Positions 40,201 through 52,901 of a stretch of 64,000 nucleotides of DNA are shown here, in pieces. Positions within the stretch are counted from its first letter, which is position 1; each line of letters starts with the position of its first letter. The stretch is from NCBI RefSeq assembly GCF_037042905.1, contig NC_087251.1, forward strand, positions 26,538,001 through 26,602,000, in the 5' to 3' direction. The notes beneath the pieces are model-generated. The model did not search any database and was not told where the DNA came from. It saw only the letters and a program-made list of their open reading frames with translations. The stretch comes from Lytechinus pictus (lineage: Eukaryota). The position numbers were made by a program, and so were the translations under genes.

Positions 40201-42380
40201 TATTATGAATTTTCAAATCTGTTCACTATATTGGCGCTTTTAGTCCTCAACTGATATATATGCTACATTAAAGGGCAAGTCTACCCCCCCCCCCCCCCGC
40301 AAAAAAGTGGATTGGAATAAAAAGAGATCATCTAAAAAGCATGATGCTGCAAATTTAATTGAAATCCGATATAGAATTAGAAAGTCATTGCATTTCAAAG
40401 TGTTGCTAATTTTACAAACATGGTTATGTGATGTCATCCACTCACTATATTTCTTTGTATTTTGATTATATGAAAAATATAATAAATTTTTGCAGCTTTG
40501 ATGACAAAGGGGAAGCACCTTTATGAATCAAAATAGGTTGCCAAAATTGTAATCCTACATTTTGATGGAAAAATCAAACTTGTTTCACATTATAATGAGG
40601 ACAAAAATTAAGATATTTCATATGATAAAGAATGAAAGAAATAGTGAGTGGGTGATATAATTGGTTTTCTCATTTGCATATACAGCCCAGGATGTGCATA
40701 TAACTGTTGTGTGAAATTAAGGGAAAGTAACTTTATAATGTCATAATTTTGTATTTTACATCCGATTGTTATGAAATTTATGCTAGTTTATTTTTCTCCT
40801 TCTATTCCAGTTGAATTTTTGCGTGGATGGAATTGCCCTTTAATAAATGAGTTATAGCAGTGAACATACCAGCTTGGGAGCATGAAGCGGACTAGGGTTT
40901 AGATTGGTGTTCCATGATTATATACAAATTAATACATGACTTTTCTTTTGACATAAATTCTACTCTCACATGCAAAAATATATTTGAAAGGTCTATGAGA
41001 TAAAGATATTAGTTATTACGATTGAGGCTGAATTAAGTCAGTTGATTTTTAATGTGTAGTTTTACATACATAGCACAGATTTTAATGGTGTTTAAGATTA
41101 AAAAGTATAAATCATGAATGGAAGTTGTAGTCTATGCGATAAAATGTTTAAAATATGTATACACTGTAGCATTTAGTTCTAAAGTATGTTTGCACAATTT
41201 ACATCTTCTTGTATATTTTGATCTCGTTTTCAAATGATTTATATGTTCCTTTTTTTATTTTCATGTTTGTTTTTGTGTACATTTTGTGTATTCATTACTA
41301 TTCATGTTTGAAACAGACAATTCCATGTGGGAAATACATGTATGCTTTTCTCATTAAAAATAATAATAACAGTGGTATTAAGAGCTGGTATGAGATAAAA
41401 AGATAAACAATGAATTGAGGTAAAACTGCTTCACAGAAGACAGAGAGCACCGGCGTGTATATATTATTTATGTATGTACTCTCCTCAGCTGCAAATGAAA
41501 TCCCTGTTTACCCAATCAAATAGAATAGCAAATGTAACCCAACTTTCATTGATATGCCATCAATAATCTTGTTTGTTTGGTAGGCCTATATCATGAATTT
41601 ACTTACTACAGCTGCTGCTACCCAAAATGATTTTTGTAGCAATAAAAATGAAAACGCTTCAAGATGTGTATACCTCTTCCTTCAAAATGTCAGTTAGATA
41701 TGATAAGTCAATGAGGGAGAATAGATGATTTCAATAAACATTCACATAAATATTTTAAGTCGGAGGGAGAAGAGGCATACCTTTCCTTGTAAGTACAGAC
41801 CATTTGGCTCCTATGGGGTCTGGACTTATTAGACTTGGCTTGTGGCTATAACAACAATGAAAATACATCACTGCAAGTGAAATTCGAAACATCAGAATAG
41901 TCTGTGCTTGCAGACTTCATTCAGATGAAAGTGTAAAAGAAAATGACCGCATGGATCTCCATTATTCATGTTGTATATGTGACACAAAAAGTTCCCCCAA
42001 AGCTTAAGTTAATGATAAACAAATGATTTTGACAGTTAAAGACATATGTAGAAATTTCGGAATTTTTACCCTTGTGAACAAATAATCAAATTTCTTAAAA
42101 CCTCCAGTTTTACAAGAATTTTGGGTAGCAGCAGTTCAATTATATTGGAGTGATTTAGAATTTATGTAAAAGACCATCTGATGCTTGGATGTATAATTTT
42201 TGTTATATTAATTTGAAATGTACCAGCTTGAAGTCTGATATGTCACTACTGCTGTAGATATATCAGTTAATCCAGCAGAGCATAACAATGTTTCCTCTTT
42301 CTTTTTAATATTATTTATATCATACAAAAAGGTTATGTTTCTCTTGTTCAAATAAATACTTCCTAATTTGGAAAGGTCCA
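34221..42380 (+). other. Putative long 3' UTR of calcineurin B with several candidate poly(A) signals
   Basis: AU-rich, TE-poor stretch after the stop. AATAAA at 42351-42356 is followed by a GT/T-rich tract. Other AATAAA sites lie near 37785, 39617, 41641 and 41733. Confidence 0.4.
40268..40843. mobile_element. TTAA-site MITE (older, diverged copy) in the putative 3' UTR
   Basis: TTAA-agggcaagtctacc ... gatggaattgccct-TTAA. The body is similar to 22282-22892. Confidence 0.8.
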
Positions 42381-43116
42381 GTGTGAAGTATTTTGTTTTG
42401 TTGGAAATCTGTTTAGAGATCTTTAAACGAAATGATCACTGTGTTGTCCAAAACACTGACAGGGGGCCCTTCTTGTAAACAGTTACAATAGATTCATATC
42501 AAACTCCCACTACGATTGATCTAATCTATTGTAACTCAGCGCTAGTTGACATTGTGTGTGTGTTCACCATCCACTACACTGCCTAGTCTGCCTTTTAAAA
42601 GTGGCCTATTAAAAAACGTCGCAAAGAAATATACGGCAAGTTTCTCTACCACCTGGACCTTGGTCGACAGCATATCAGCCTGCCAAGCCGCGCCAGCCAG
42701 AACAGCATAATCACATGCATGCAGTGCGTGCCGAAGAGATTAATTTTATATGTTGAACTTTTTCCATGATAAGGCATTGCGAATTTCGGCCTGTCCGCTG
42801 CAACCGATAGCTGGCGCCCCGTATTGTGAATCCACCGAACTTGCAATCAGTCACATTACTCTGATTTGAGGCCCTGGAAAAATATTGAGCTCAATTAGGA
42901 AAGGTGGTGCGAGCATATTGAAAGAGAAAGAGAGATACAATGTGAACTGTCGTGGGAAAATGATGAAGGGGTGAAGATGGAGGGAGGGTGTCATATTGAA
43001 CAATTGGAACAACTTGCTCCACAATTTCTGAAAAAGATACAATGCTAACCTGGGCCCCATCTTATCAAGGATTGAAATTGGTATTACAAAGAACTGAGAT
43101 TGATCATTTCAATCTG

Positions 43117-44210
43117 GGGCCATATTCTGAAAATTGTCTTAAGAGAAATATAAGAGTTACATCTTTTCTTGTCACTTTCACTAAGCGTTTATGACGTCAA
43201 AGTTACAATGATGCGTAAATTAAAAAACGGCGCATATATCTCTGTGTGCAAGATAACATATCGAGATAAGAGGTATTCTGAAAATTCTCTTATCTTTGCA
43301 TTCTGTTAACTTCCTTGCAAAATACAAGAAAATGTACAAGAGGTAGGGGGCTATTGTAACTTAATGTTGAATGCGATATTTCAAGGTCAACAAAAATAAT
43401 TTCTTGCTGCATCTCGCAAGAACGTCATGTTTTACAAACGGAGACATTCCAAAGACGTTATAAATAATGACGGATTGGTAGACTTTTCAGCAATTGAAAA
43501 TTGGCATTCCTGATGTTGAATCTTTTCAACAATGCGCTTAAGGGCAATTCCATAGGTTGGTGGACATGAGCTCAATGTGTCTTTGTACATATAACCCATC
43601 TGAACCGTAACGTAACCACTTTATCTGCACCCCTAGTAAAAACCATGTGTTCTTTATTTTTTTTAATTATATACAAATTTGTCTCCCTAATATACTTCTT
43701 TGAAATTGATATAATCAACTTTCATAAAAGCCTTGTATGAGGACACTTTTCACTTATGTCCACTTTTCATTTTATGCATGTCCAAATCATGTAACATGAG
43801 TAACCGACACATTTCAAAGATTTGCTAGGAGCATAATGAAATTTCCCAAGTTTTGTTTTTATACAAAAGATAGTCAGACTGCATACTATGTTGTGATAAA
43901 GAGATGTTTAGTTCCTATCAATAATAATGGAGTTACAGCTCCAAGTATGAATCAAGGTGTCTCCAAATGTAACGTGGGTAACCGTGGAATAGCCCTTAAT
44001 AATTTTTTAGAAGGGACGCTTCTATTGGTTTACCGAAACAAAAAGTTTAATGATTGGTTGATGATAAAATATTAGGCGTGTCAGAGATGAAATAGTGGAC
44101 GTCCTTACAGAGATAAGACAATTTTCAGAATACCAATTTAATAGAATTCTAGCAAGCTGTTATCTTCCTGAGTTACAAGAAAAGTCAAGACAGTTTTCAG
44201 AATACCACCC
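43117..44210. mobile_element. Harbinger-like MITE (CTG TSD) with a nested TTAA element
   Basis: ctg-gggccatattctgaaaattgtctt ... aagacagttttcagaataccaccc-ctg. Confidence 0.7.
43538..43999. mobile_element. Nested TTAA-site MITE
   Basis: TTAA-gggcaattccataggtt ... aaccgtggaatagccc-TTAA. Confidence 0.75.
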
Positions 44211-44469
44211 CTGAACTACAGAAAGCCAGCAGTGCCATCATTATTTGTGTGCTTGTTTCCCTTGGTTAACCAGAAAGATAATGAATGATAACAAGAAAGA
44301 TCACCAGAATGGACGAGACAAGTAATTTAGTAGACGGTGCATAATTCAAAAAGGCATACACAGATTCTCAATAATGGTATCACTCATCAGGGGTAGATCC
44401 CGCTTTTGCCAATAGAGCAGTTCGTAGTCACCTCATGGGCAAGTTTGCACAATTTGGTCAGCAATTCAC

Positions 44470-44900
44470 GAAGGAGACGTGTATCTAGCTCATCATTTAA
44501 TGCGAGCGCAAAGCACAAGCTAAAAATTTTGATATTCTGACCTAAAAACAGAAAATTTTAAGCAAGTTTTATTAAAAATGAGTAGCATGCAGCACCAGAC
44601 AAAATGTTTTGATATATGAGAAAGGAAACATCTGATCTAAAAACTGGTCATTCTAAGCATTTTATGTATTCTTGATCAGGATGGATATCTAACTAAACAT
44701 TTCGAGACATGGAAAAGGGACATTTTTAAGGATACTTTGTAAGAAGTCATTGACAGGATCTGTATGTCACTAATCAAATCATGCAAGAGTGCAACCTAAG
44801 CAGATTTTTTTTCATATTCAGGCCTGAAAATGGGACATTAATTTTAAGCACTTATTTGTATCCATGAACAGAATGTGTATTTTGTTCAACAATTTTGACG
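44470..44900 (-). repeat. Diverged reverse-oriented array of the GCTCGCGCTTCGCGCTCGCA-family subrepeats
   Basis: tgcgagcgcaaagcacaagctaaaaattttgatattctgacctaaaa is the reverse complement of the subrepeat seen at 0.9-3.5 kb and 7.3-7.9 kb. Confidence 0.55.
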
Positions 44901-47472
44901 TTTTGGGCAGGTAGAGTTCTCTCATCTGCTCCTGCTCTACAACTCCACTTGCTGATTCAAGCCAGCCTTCTCTCATCTCACACTCAAGCTAGCCTTCTAC
45001 TCAACCCTCCAATCTTGCCTACCAATTAAGTCTTTCTACTCTTTCTGATTTACAGTCCTTTTAGGACTACACTCTTTTCCGAAAGATATACTCCACTTTC
45101 TAGCCTTCACTTCTTTCTCTATCCTCTTTCTCTTCGTCCTTTTCCAGGACTTTACACATGGTGTACCATAAACCATTTCCTCGATTGTTCATACCACCTT
45201 CAAACATAATCTGAAACTTTTCACCTTTTTATCAATAATTCAACCATTCATTTATCGATATCAGTACAACAAATAGTGTTAAGATTCCTGTTTCTTTTAC
45301 ATTAAAACAAACATTTGTAGCTTTACATTGATGAATACAATGGAAATCAACTTACCAGTAATGATGATTGCTGAAGTGCTCAGTCATTATCAGGAGTTTC
45401 TTCTGCTTTTAACTCAGTCTCAGATGAAATTCTGCATCACAACTCACATCCATCAAGTGCAATGGCACTTTCTCACTATAAACTTTTGTACAAACTAAAA
45501 TTTTCAAGGATTTGGGGAATGTTTCATAAGATTTGTCAGTGATTTTCACTTTATACAGTTTTGTGCCGGGGCTCAGCCAATAACAATGCATGGAACTGCA
45601 ATAGCTTATATTTATCTGTCAGTGAATGGACCAACATAGAGATGGACAATTAATGCGAGCATTCCTTTGATGCAATGATAGTCACTGTCACCTGATTATG
45701 TGCATCTTAATGAGACCATTCAGGTGATTTACAATAGTGACTACCAAGGTGTATCTGAAAAGTAGTATAGAAATTTTTTCTTTCATTGTAAAAAGGGGAT
45801 AGACCGAGCATGGACCTATAAAGAGATGGACATTCATCGCTTAGATAATGTATTCACTAACAGGTGACTATAATTGTCATCTGAATAACATTCTCTTCAT
45901 ACTAGTCTTCTTTGGTCCTATGATCGTCACTGTGAGAAGGGACTGAAGCAGTTCGTGACTGGACATTTATATTTCACAAATTATATGCGCAATAGATAAC
46001 AAATCACTTAAATCATGGAAAATCTATGTGCAGTTCTTGTTTACCTTTGGTAATCTTAGTTCCATGTGTTTTATTTGGGGAAATGTCTGCATATTTTACT
46101 ATAGAGGCAATATTGTGATTGTTTACCATTTAAAATTTAATTTTCCCAAGTTTCTCCATAATATTCCAGAAATGTGTGGTACATAACATGTATAGATCTT
46201 GTATCTCTCAATGTTATTGACTGAGGTCCTTATGTGTGAGCGGTAGTTAGCAGATCGAATAATATCATATTTTATATCATAAAAATCCTCTGCTTCTCAA
46301 GTTTTCTGCTCCAAATATGAAGCATGTTGACTGAAAGGCACATGCTGAAACAGGGTATCAGCCAACAAAAATCAAGACCGGGAAACTGTTCCGTCTTTGG
46401 GTGATCAGATATGCCTTGGTAGTTATGGTAATTGCTATTGTTACAACACCTGTATGTTCTCATTAAGATGCGCATAACCAGGCGACGGTGACGATTATTG
46501 GACCAAAGACATGCTTGCGTTAATTGTCCATCTCTTCATAGGTCCATGGACAGAGAGAGAGAGGGCTGGGAGGGGAGGGGGGGGGGGGGGGGTAAGAGAA
46601 AGATAGAGATAAGGAGAGAATGGGGTGCATATATTATAAAAAATAATAGTAAATGGACCTTACACAAGGACACTTTTTTTGTATAGGGCTATATTTTGCA
46701 ACTTCTATTCAATTCTATAAAAAAACCCACACTTTTAATTGAAACCCTTTCATGTGGTAAATGGTATATGCACCAAAATGTTCATTGGCGATGGTTTAGC
46801 GCGTAAGAAAGGTTCATCAGTCGTTCTTAAAGTCGCTCTTAACTTACGAACAGCTTTATGAAACAGCCCCCAGGCCTAGAATTATCAAAATTTCAATCCC
46901 TGGGCCCTTTTTCAACTTAGGACTGTTTTTTTTACAGGTTGGGGATGAATCACTCTCTGTGCATATACAACTATTTTTCCGGACCTTACAAGAAAAACAA
47001 TTTATAACATCAACCTCGATGAAGTGAATTTCAACAGGATAGGTTAAAATGAATACCTGAAGGTGCTTTCATAAAAGTAGAGTATTGATCAGTGGTCAAT
47101 GTTGGTTGATTGAGTGACTGTCTTGATCTTTGACCAATTTGGTCTATAACAACATTATGGCGTATACATGTATACCTTGGGTATTTTACTGAGGTAATTA
47201 TGAGAACACTCAACAGTTACTCTGCCATCACTGACTGTTGTGACTGACACTCTACTGTTGTTCTAGAGTGAGAGGACCTACACACTCCATATATTCACAT
47301 TGGACTATATCATAAGTCTATATCACTAAATACACAAGTCTATATCACTCAATACACAATATAAAGAACATGATGGATCCATCTGGAATATGAATATTCA
47401 TATAGCTTTTTTTTTTATTAACATCAGATTAGTCACCTCAAAACTGCTTTGAATTGCAATTATGTAACATCA

Positions 47473-47514
<42 letters not shown>

Positions 47515-49743
47515 TTTTATGTAAGTAATATAAAAATGAAATAGGCAATAATTTTTTCAACTATTAATCTAGGTAAACATCAAAAGATTTGAATCAAAAG
47601 TTTGAATACCAAGAATACACATTACAAAGTATATAAAAATTCAAATACATCAATTTGTAGAAATTCAATGGAGTGGGTGATAAGGAATGAATGAAATTAT
47701 TACCCTGTATTTGAAGCCTATATGAAGCTTTGATCAATCCAATAGACAATATTCTTTCAATTGCTTCAAATTTGCTTTTTAAGGTTAATGCATCATTAAA
47801 TAATCTATTTAGAAAAAAAATAAGTGAAATAAGTGTGACCACCTCCCCCCAAAAATACTGCATTAGATTCTTTTTTATAATTTCATTAAAAACATGGCAA
47901 ATTTAAAGATTTGAAAAGATTTTATGATTTTTTTTGTTATTTTACAAACCTTATGAGCAAAACAAGAGATATGGATGATATCATAATTGGCTTTATTGGT
48001 TTAGCATTTCAAACTCATGAACAATATGAAAGGAAGAGTTACTGTAATAAAGAGTAAATCTCTTTCTTAACAACACATAATACTCGATGTTCAGTTTTTT
48101 ATTTATGACCTTTTTTTGGTGGGGATTAAGGAATACAGTACATTATCTATATGCATGCAAACCTTATGATATAGTGACCATCCATTACAAACACAAACAG
48201 TGACCTTTATAGACAGGTGAGACAAGTTCTTAAATACAATTAGTGGGCATTGGTTTTTGTGGTCACTATAGGCAGGCAGCCCCTTACATAGGTTTGATTG
48301 AATATAAAAACCTGTTTAATATAGAGGTATCCCAGTACTTACAGCACTGGTCATTCATGGGTTTAAATCTTTAATATACACAATATAATTTTTTTTCTCG
48401 TCATTAATATGAATCTCTTTTTGTGCTTTAACAGATGACTACCCATTTAAAAAAAATTATTAAGGAAATAATTGCAGTTGCACATACACCTTATTTCATA
48501 AATAACATAAATAGTTTTATTCATCTGAATAACATAAATAGTTTTATTCATCTCATATCTCACTCTGAAATTTTTTCTTAGAAATTATACATTTCTGTTT
48601 CCTAAACACAGATATATAAAAATTATGTGATAAAAATATATCAAAACAAACAAAAGACCTCTCTATAATTATAAATCAGCTACACAATGAGATCTGACAC
48701 ATATTCATATACTACAATAGAAATGGTCAGGAACATACCCTGTATTTTGTATCATAATTGCCACTAAAATAATCACAATAATACTGAAATTCAAAGATAT
48801 AATTCAACAAAAAGAACAAATTATTCTTAATTGTTACAAATTAATTCAACAAACAGCCTATCAAACTGGAGGATTGTGGGTAAAGTCATGATCACAATAA
48901 ATGTTATTCATAATCTATAATGCTTTCTACAGATGCACATGGCTAGATTTTGGTCATTTAAATTATTTTCTTCAGAATTGCAAGAGCATGCTCATGACAT
49001 AATTCTCCATTTCCTCCAGATGCACTACTCCAAACAAATATGCCTTTCTGGAAAAAAAACTCCAAACCCCCCCAAAAAAAATATTTGACAACGGTCTGTA
49101 GTATACCGAGATGTGACTCATGTCACCTTGCACAAGGAAAAAATAATTATTTCTATACTGGTAGAGGGGGCTACTTTTGTTACATATCAAAACCACATTT
49201 TATGTGGAACCGAGATCAATTAATGGTGCTCTTTGACAGATTGTTGGGGTGATTTTTTTTATTGGTGAATCATTCAACCCTTGTGATGTGATGCTGCAGA
49301 AATCTTGTTTTGCAGAGTGTAGTGTGTAATGAAAGGGCAGTAGTACTTTCATTTAATTCAGCAAAATAAATAATGAAAGTTGAATTATGAACTTACTGAG
49401 AACTGAAAGGAAACATGAAATTGTGTCTTGCTTGCTAATCAAGACTCTGAAAACACAATCAATGATGGCCATCATCTAATCACCAAGACTTTTGGGCTGC
49501 TTGGTAGTTACATTTTGAACACAACCAATAAGTGAAAGATCCTAGGCATTAAGGCAGCAAATAACTACACACTGAGTGAAGCTGAAGGAGGGGAGCAGCC
49601 ATGCCAAGCGTATCCTGGGAACCACTTTCACAAACCCCATCAATTTTATTCCCATTCAATTTTTCTGAACTAACCATCCTTTTCATCCCCCAAAGTTCAG
49701 AAAATATCATTGAAGACAGAGAAGGATAAGAAAATTAATACGA

Positions 49744-51030
49744 CATACACAAAACTTGATAAATTGTGTTCATTTTGTCATAAGAGTTGTGGGAGAAAAG
49801 TTATTCAACATGTTCAAATATTCCACAAGGATGTAAAGGATGTCTACCAAGTATTTGTCCAACAAGCAGCAACCCAAGAAAGAAGTGGGGCACTAACAAA
49901 ATGAAGATTAAAGACCAAAGATTGAAGACTGAAGTTAGGAAACCAAAGACATTTAGAAGGCTAATATTCATAGCCAAGGCATGCCTCCCTCTCACAGGAA
50001 GAAGGGAGTCGGGGCCCATCTCCGTGATTTTTGGCAGAAGATGGTTTAACCTGCAAAGAAAAACAGGGACCAGAGGTCAAAGACAGGAGGTAGACCCCAA
50101 ACCAAATAAAAGGCTAGGATGGCTTCCAACTGACCACTCCTATGACTCACATTTGTCAGTTAATCAGTTCGTTCTTAAAGGTCTATGACAGGTAAAAAGT
50201 AATCTCATCTTATCAATCATAAATTTATTGAAAGTGAAGGGAGTGCTAGTGGTGGAGGGGTGGTATAAGGAGTCTAGATGGGCACGTTTCAATTTTTAAA
50301 GTTACTTTGTACGCTATGTGGAGAATATTTGACAAGAATAGATTTAAGAATAGATTCTGTGTTGAACACTGATTTAATAGCAGAGCAAACAGATATTTCA
50401 GCTCAAGAAGACACAGGGGAAGTCAACCACACAAATTTTTGTTTGGGGTGCTATGCACAGTTGATAAAAAATAAAAATAAAACGGAAACATTGTGGCAAC
50501 CCACAGCGAATTGGGTAGGACATGAAAGAAACAAGAAATGTAGTGTTGTGAAAAAGCAACAAGGTTGCTCAAGGGAGAAAAACCTCAAAAGAAAAGTCAA
50601 GGATGGCTTCTTACTGACCATTCACTTGGCTCAACCCTTGAAAGTTAATTACAGTTTGTTCTCAAAGGATTGGATGAAATACAGACAAAAAATGCATTTG
50701 CTTTGAGTGAGGAGATGTCTCATTTGTCTTGTTTTGTCACTCTGCTATGTTATGTGTTATGCGCTATACAAAAACTGACCATTATTATTATTAATAGCCT
50801 GAAAAAGGACGCCCCTTAAAACAAAAGACTACTACATGTACCTGTATACATCTGAAATAGAACCTTATATGACAATTACACCAGGGACTCCAGAAACTAT
50901 GGTACCTGTAAATCATATTCAATTTTATCTGATGTCAATGCAGAGAAGTACGTATGCATGATATGCCAAAATCACACAATGTGAGACAAACGTGGAAGAC
51001 CCTGTGGTAGCAAGCGATGGCTATTGAAAT
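49744..51030 (+). pseudogene. Decayed gene with two RAG1-N-terminal (CND)/Chapaev-like Zn modules and a RING remnant
   Basis: ORF 50278-50706 has LKLLCTLCG...DLIAEQTDISAQEDTGEVNHTNFCLGCY...WVGH...C...LKRK. This parallels RAG1 LRHLCRICG...[28 protein letters not shown]...WHPH...C...LKRK (by eye, recalled sequence). A second copy LDKLCSFC lies near 49756, and YVCMICQN at about 50949-50972. Confidence 0.55.
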
Positions 51031-51569
51031 CACTTTGCATGGCTATGATTCAGTTTATATGAGTGTATTCAGCCTACTCTATGAATAATGCATTTCAGCG
51101 AAGTACAATATCAATGACTTATAATGATTTGGATTATGTTCCATTTATCGTACAAATTATTTTATTAAGTCCTTTTCTTTACACCAAAGCATATGTGGTT
51201 CCAACATTTCAGTAAGAGTGGGAGCAACCAGCCAATATTTGTTGACACATTGAGACAATACACATGAGAGATGGCTGGCTTGATTCCAACAATATATCTT
51301 TGGAGAAATTGCTGATGATAGGGTATGGGCAGCATTGAGACATCTGGTTATAAATCACGAACAATTTATTTCTTTAGTTTAGGATAGAAAATTTGGAATA
51401 TTAAAATCAGGAGTTTCAAATATGTTATTGGCTTCAGGATGGTATGGAACGATAAAATCCTGACCAACTAAGAAGTTTTTTTACATTTCACAACTGGTTC
51501 TAATACCTCACCATGTGATATAAGGAAAACAAGCACAACTTTGAACCACTCGTACTACCCTCAACAAAA

Positions 51570-52013
51570 ATGCCTCAGAGACGATCTTTCACTGCAGCAT
51601 TCAAACTCTCTGTCTGCCAGTATGCAGAAGAGTTTGGAAACAGGGTAGCAGGGCAACATCACGGTGTGGACGAGTCTGTCATCAGACGATGGAGATCAAA
51701 CAGCGACACTCTGAAGGCGATGCTGAGAACAAAGAAGGCAATGAGAGGGAAGGCAGCTAGATGGCCGGCACCGAAAAAGAAGGTTATCGCCTGGGTTAGA
51801 GAAAAGCGTAGTGAGGGCCACGCTCTATCAACTGTGGAGCTTTGCATCAAAGGGAGGCGCATAGCTGAGGCTGATGGGATTGATGACTTGACTGGGTCTA
51901 AGATGTGGGCTCATCGATTCATGGCCCACCACAACCTCTCAATGCGGCGACGAACCCACATCTCCCAAAGACACCCCGACGATTTCGACAGCAAAATAAT
52001 GAACTTCCAGTGA
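51570..52013 (+). CDS. Truncated pogo transposase N-terminus (Brinker-like HTH + CENP-B-type HTH), 147 aa, unit 1
   Basis: MPQRRSFTAAFKL..YAEEFGNR..GVDESVIRRWR and WVREKRSEG..S..WAHRFM..HNLSMRRRT. Expression is unknown. Confidence 0.5.
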   Translation: MPQRRSFTAAFKLSVCQYAEEFGNRVAGQHHGVDESVIRRWRSNSDTLKAMLRTKKAMRGKAARWPAPKKKVIAWVREKRSEGHALSTVELCIKGRRIAEADGIDDLTGSKMWAHRFMAHHNLSMRRRTHISQRHPDDFDSKIMNFQ

Positions 52014-52901
52014 TTTGTTATTAATAGACGGCGGCTCCATGACTACCCACTTTTCATTTATCGTACAAATTATTTTATTTAGTCCTTTTCTTTACACCAA
52101 AGCATGTGGTTCCGAGATTTCAGTAAGAGTGGGAGCAACCAGCCAATATTTGTTGACACATTGAGACAATACACATGAGAGATGGCCGGCACCGGAGGAG
52201 AAGGTTATCGCCTGGGTAAGAGAGAAGCGTAGTGAGGGCCACTCTCTATCAACTGTGGAGCTTTGCATCAAAGGGAGGCGCATAGCTGAGGCTGACGGGA
52301 TTGATGACTTGACTGGGTCTAAGATGTGGGCTCATCGATTCATGGCCCACCACAACCTCTCAATGCGGCAACAAACCCACATCTCCCAAAGACACCCCGA
52401 CAATTTCAACAGCAAAATAATGAACTTCCAGTGATTTGTTATTAATAGACGGCGGCTCCATGACTACCCACTTTTCATTTATCGTACAAATTATTTTATT
52501 TAGTCCTTTTCTTTACAACAAAGCATGTGGTTCCGAGATTTCAGTAAGAGTGGGAGCAACCAGCCAATATTTGTTGACACATTGAGACAATACACATGAG
52601 AGATGGCTGGCTTGATTCCAACAATATATCTTTGGAGAAATTGCTGATGATAGGGTATGGGCAGCATTGAGACATCTGGTTATAAATCACGAACAATTTA
52701 TTTCTTTAGTTTAGGGTAGAAAATTTGGAATGTTAATATCAAGAGTTTCAAATATGATATTGGCTCCAGGATGGTATGGAACGATAAAATCCTGACCAAC
52801 TTAGAAGTTTTTTTACATTTCACAACTGGTTCTAATACCTCACCATGTGATATAAGGAAAACAAGCACAGCTTTGAACCACTCATACTACCCTCGACAAA
52901 A

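Noticed and set aside
51180..51540. RAG1 catalytic-core similarity (IKSFKYDIG resembling AKRFRYDSA)
   Set aside because: The match is too short, no following D600-type (CDG) motif was found, and the paralog at 63 kb does not continue like RAG1. Only the N-terminal Zn-module resemblance is kept.
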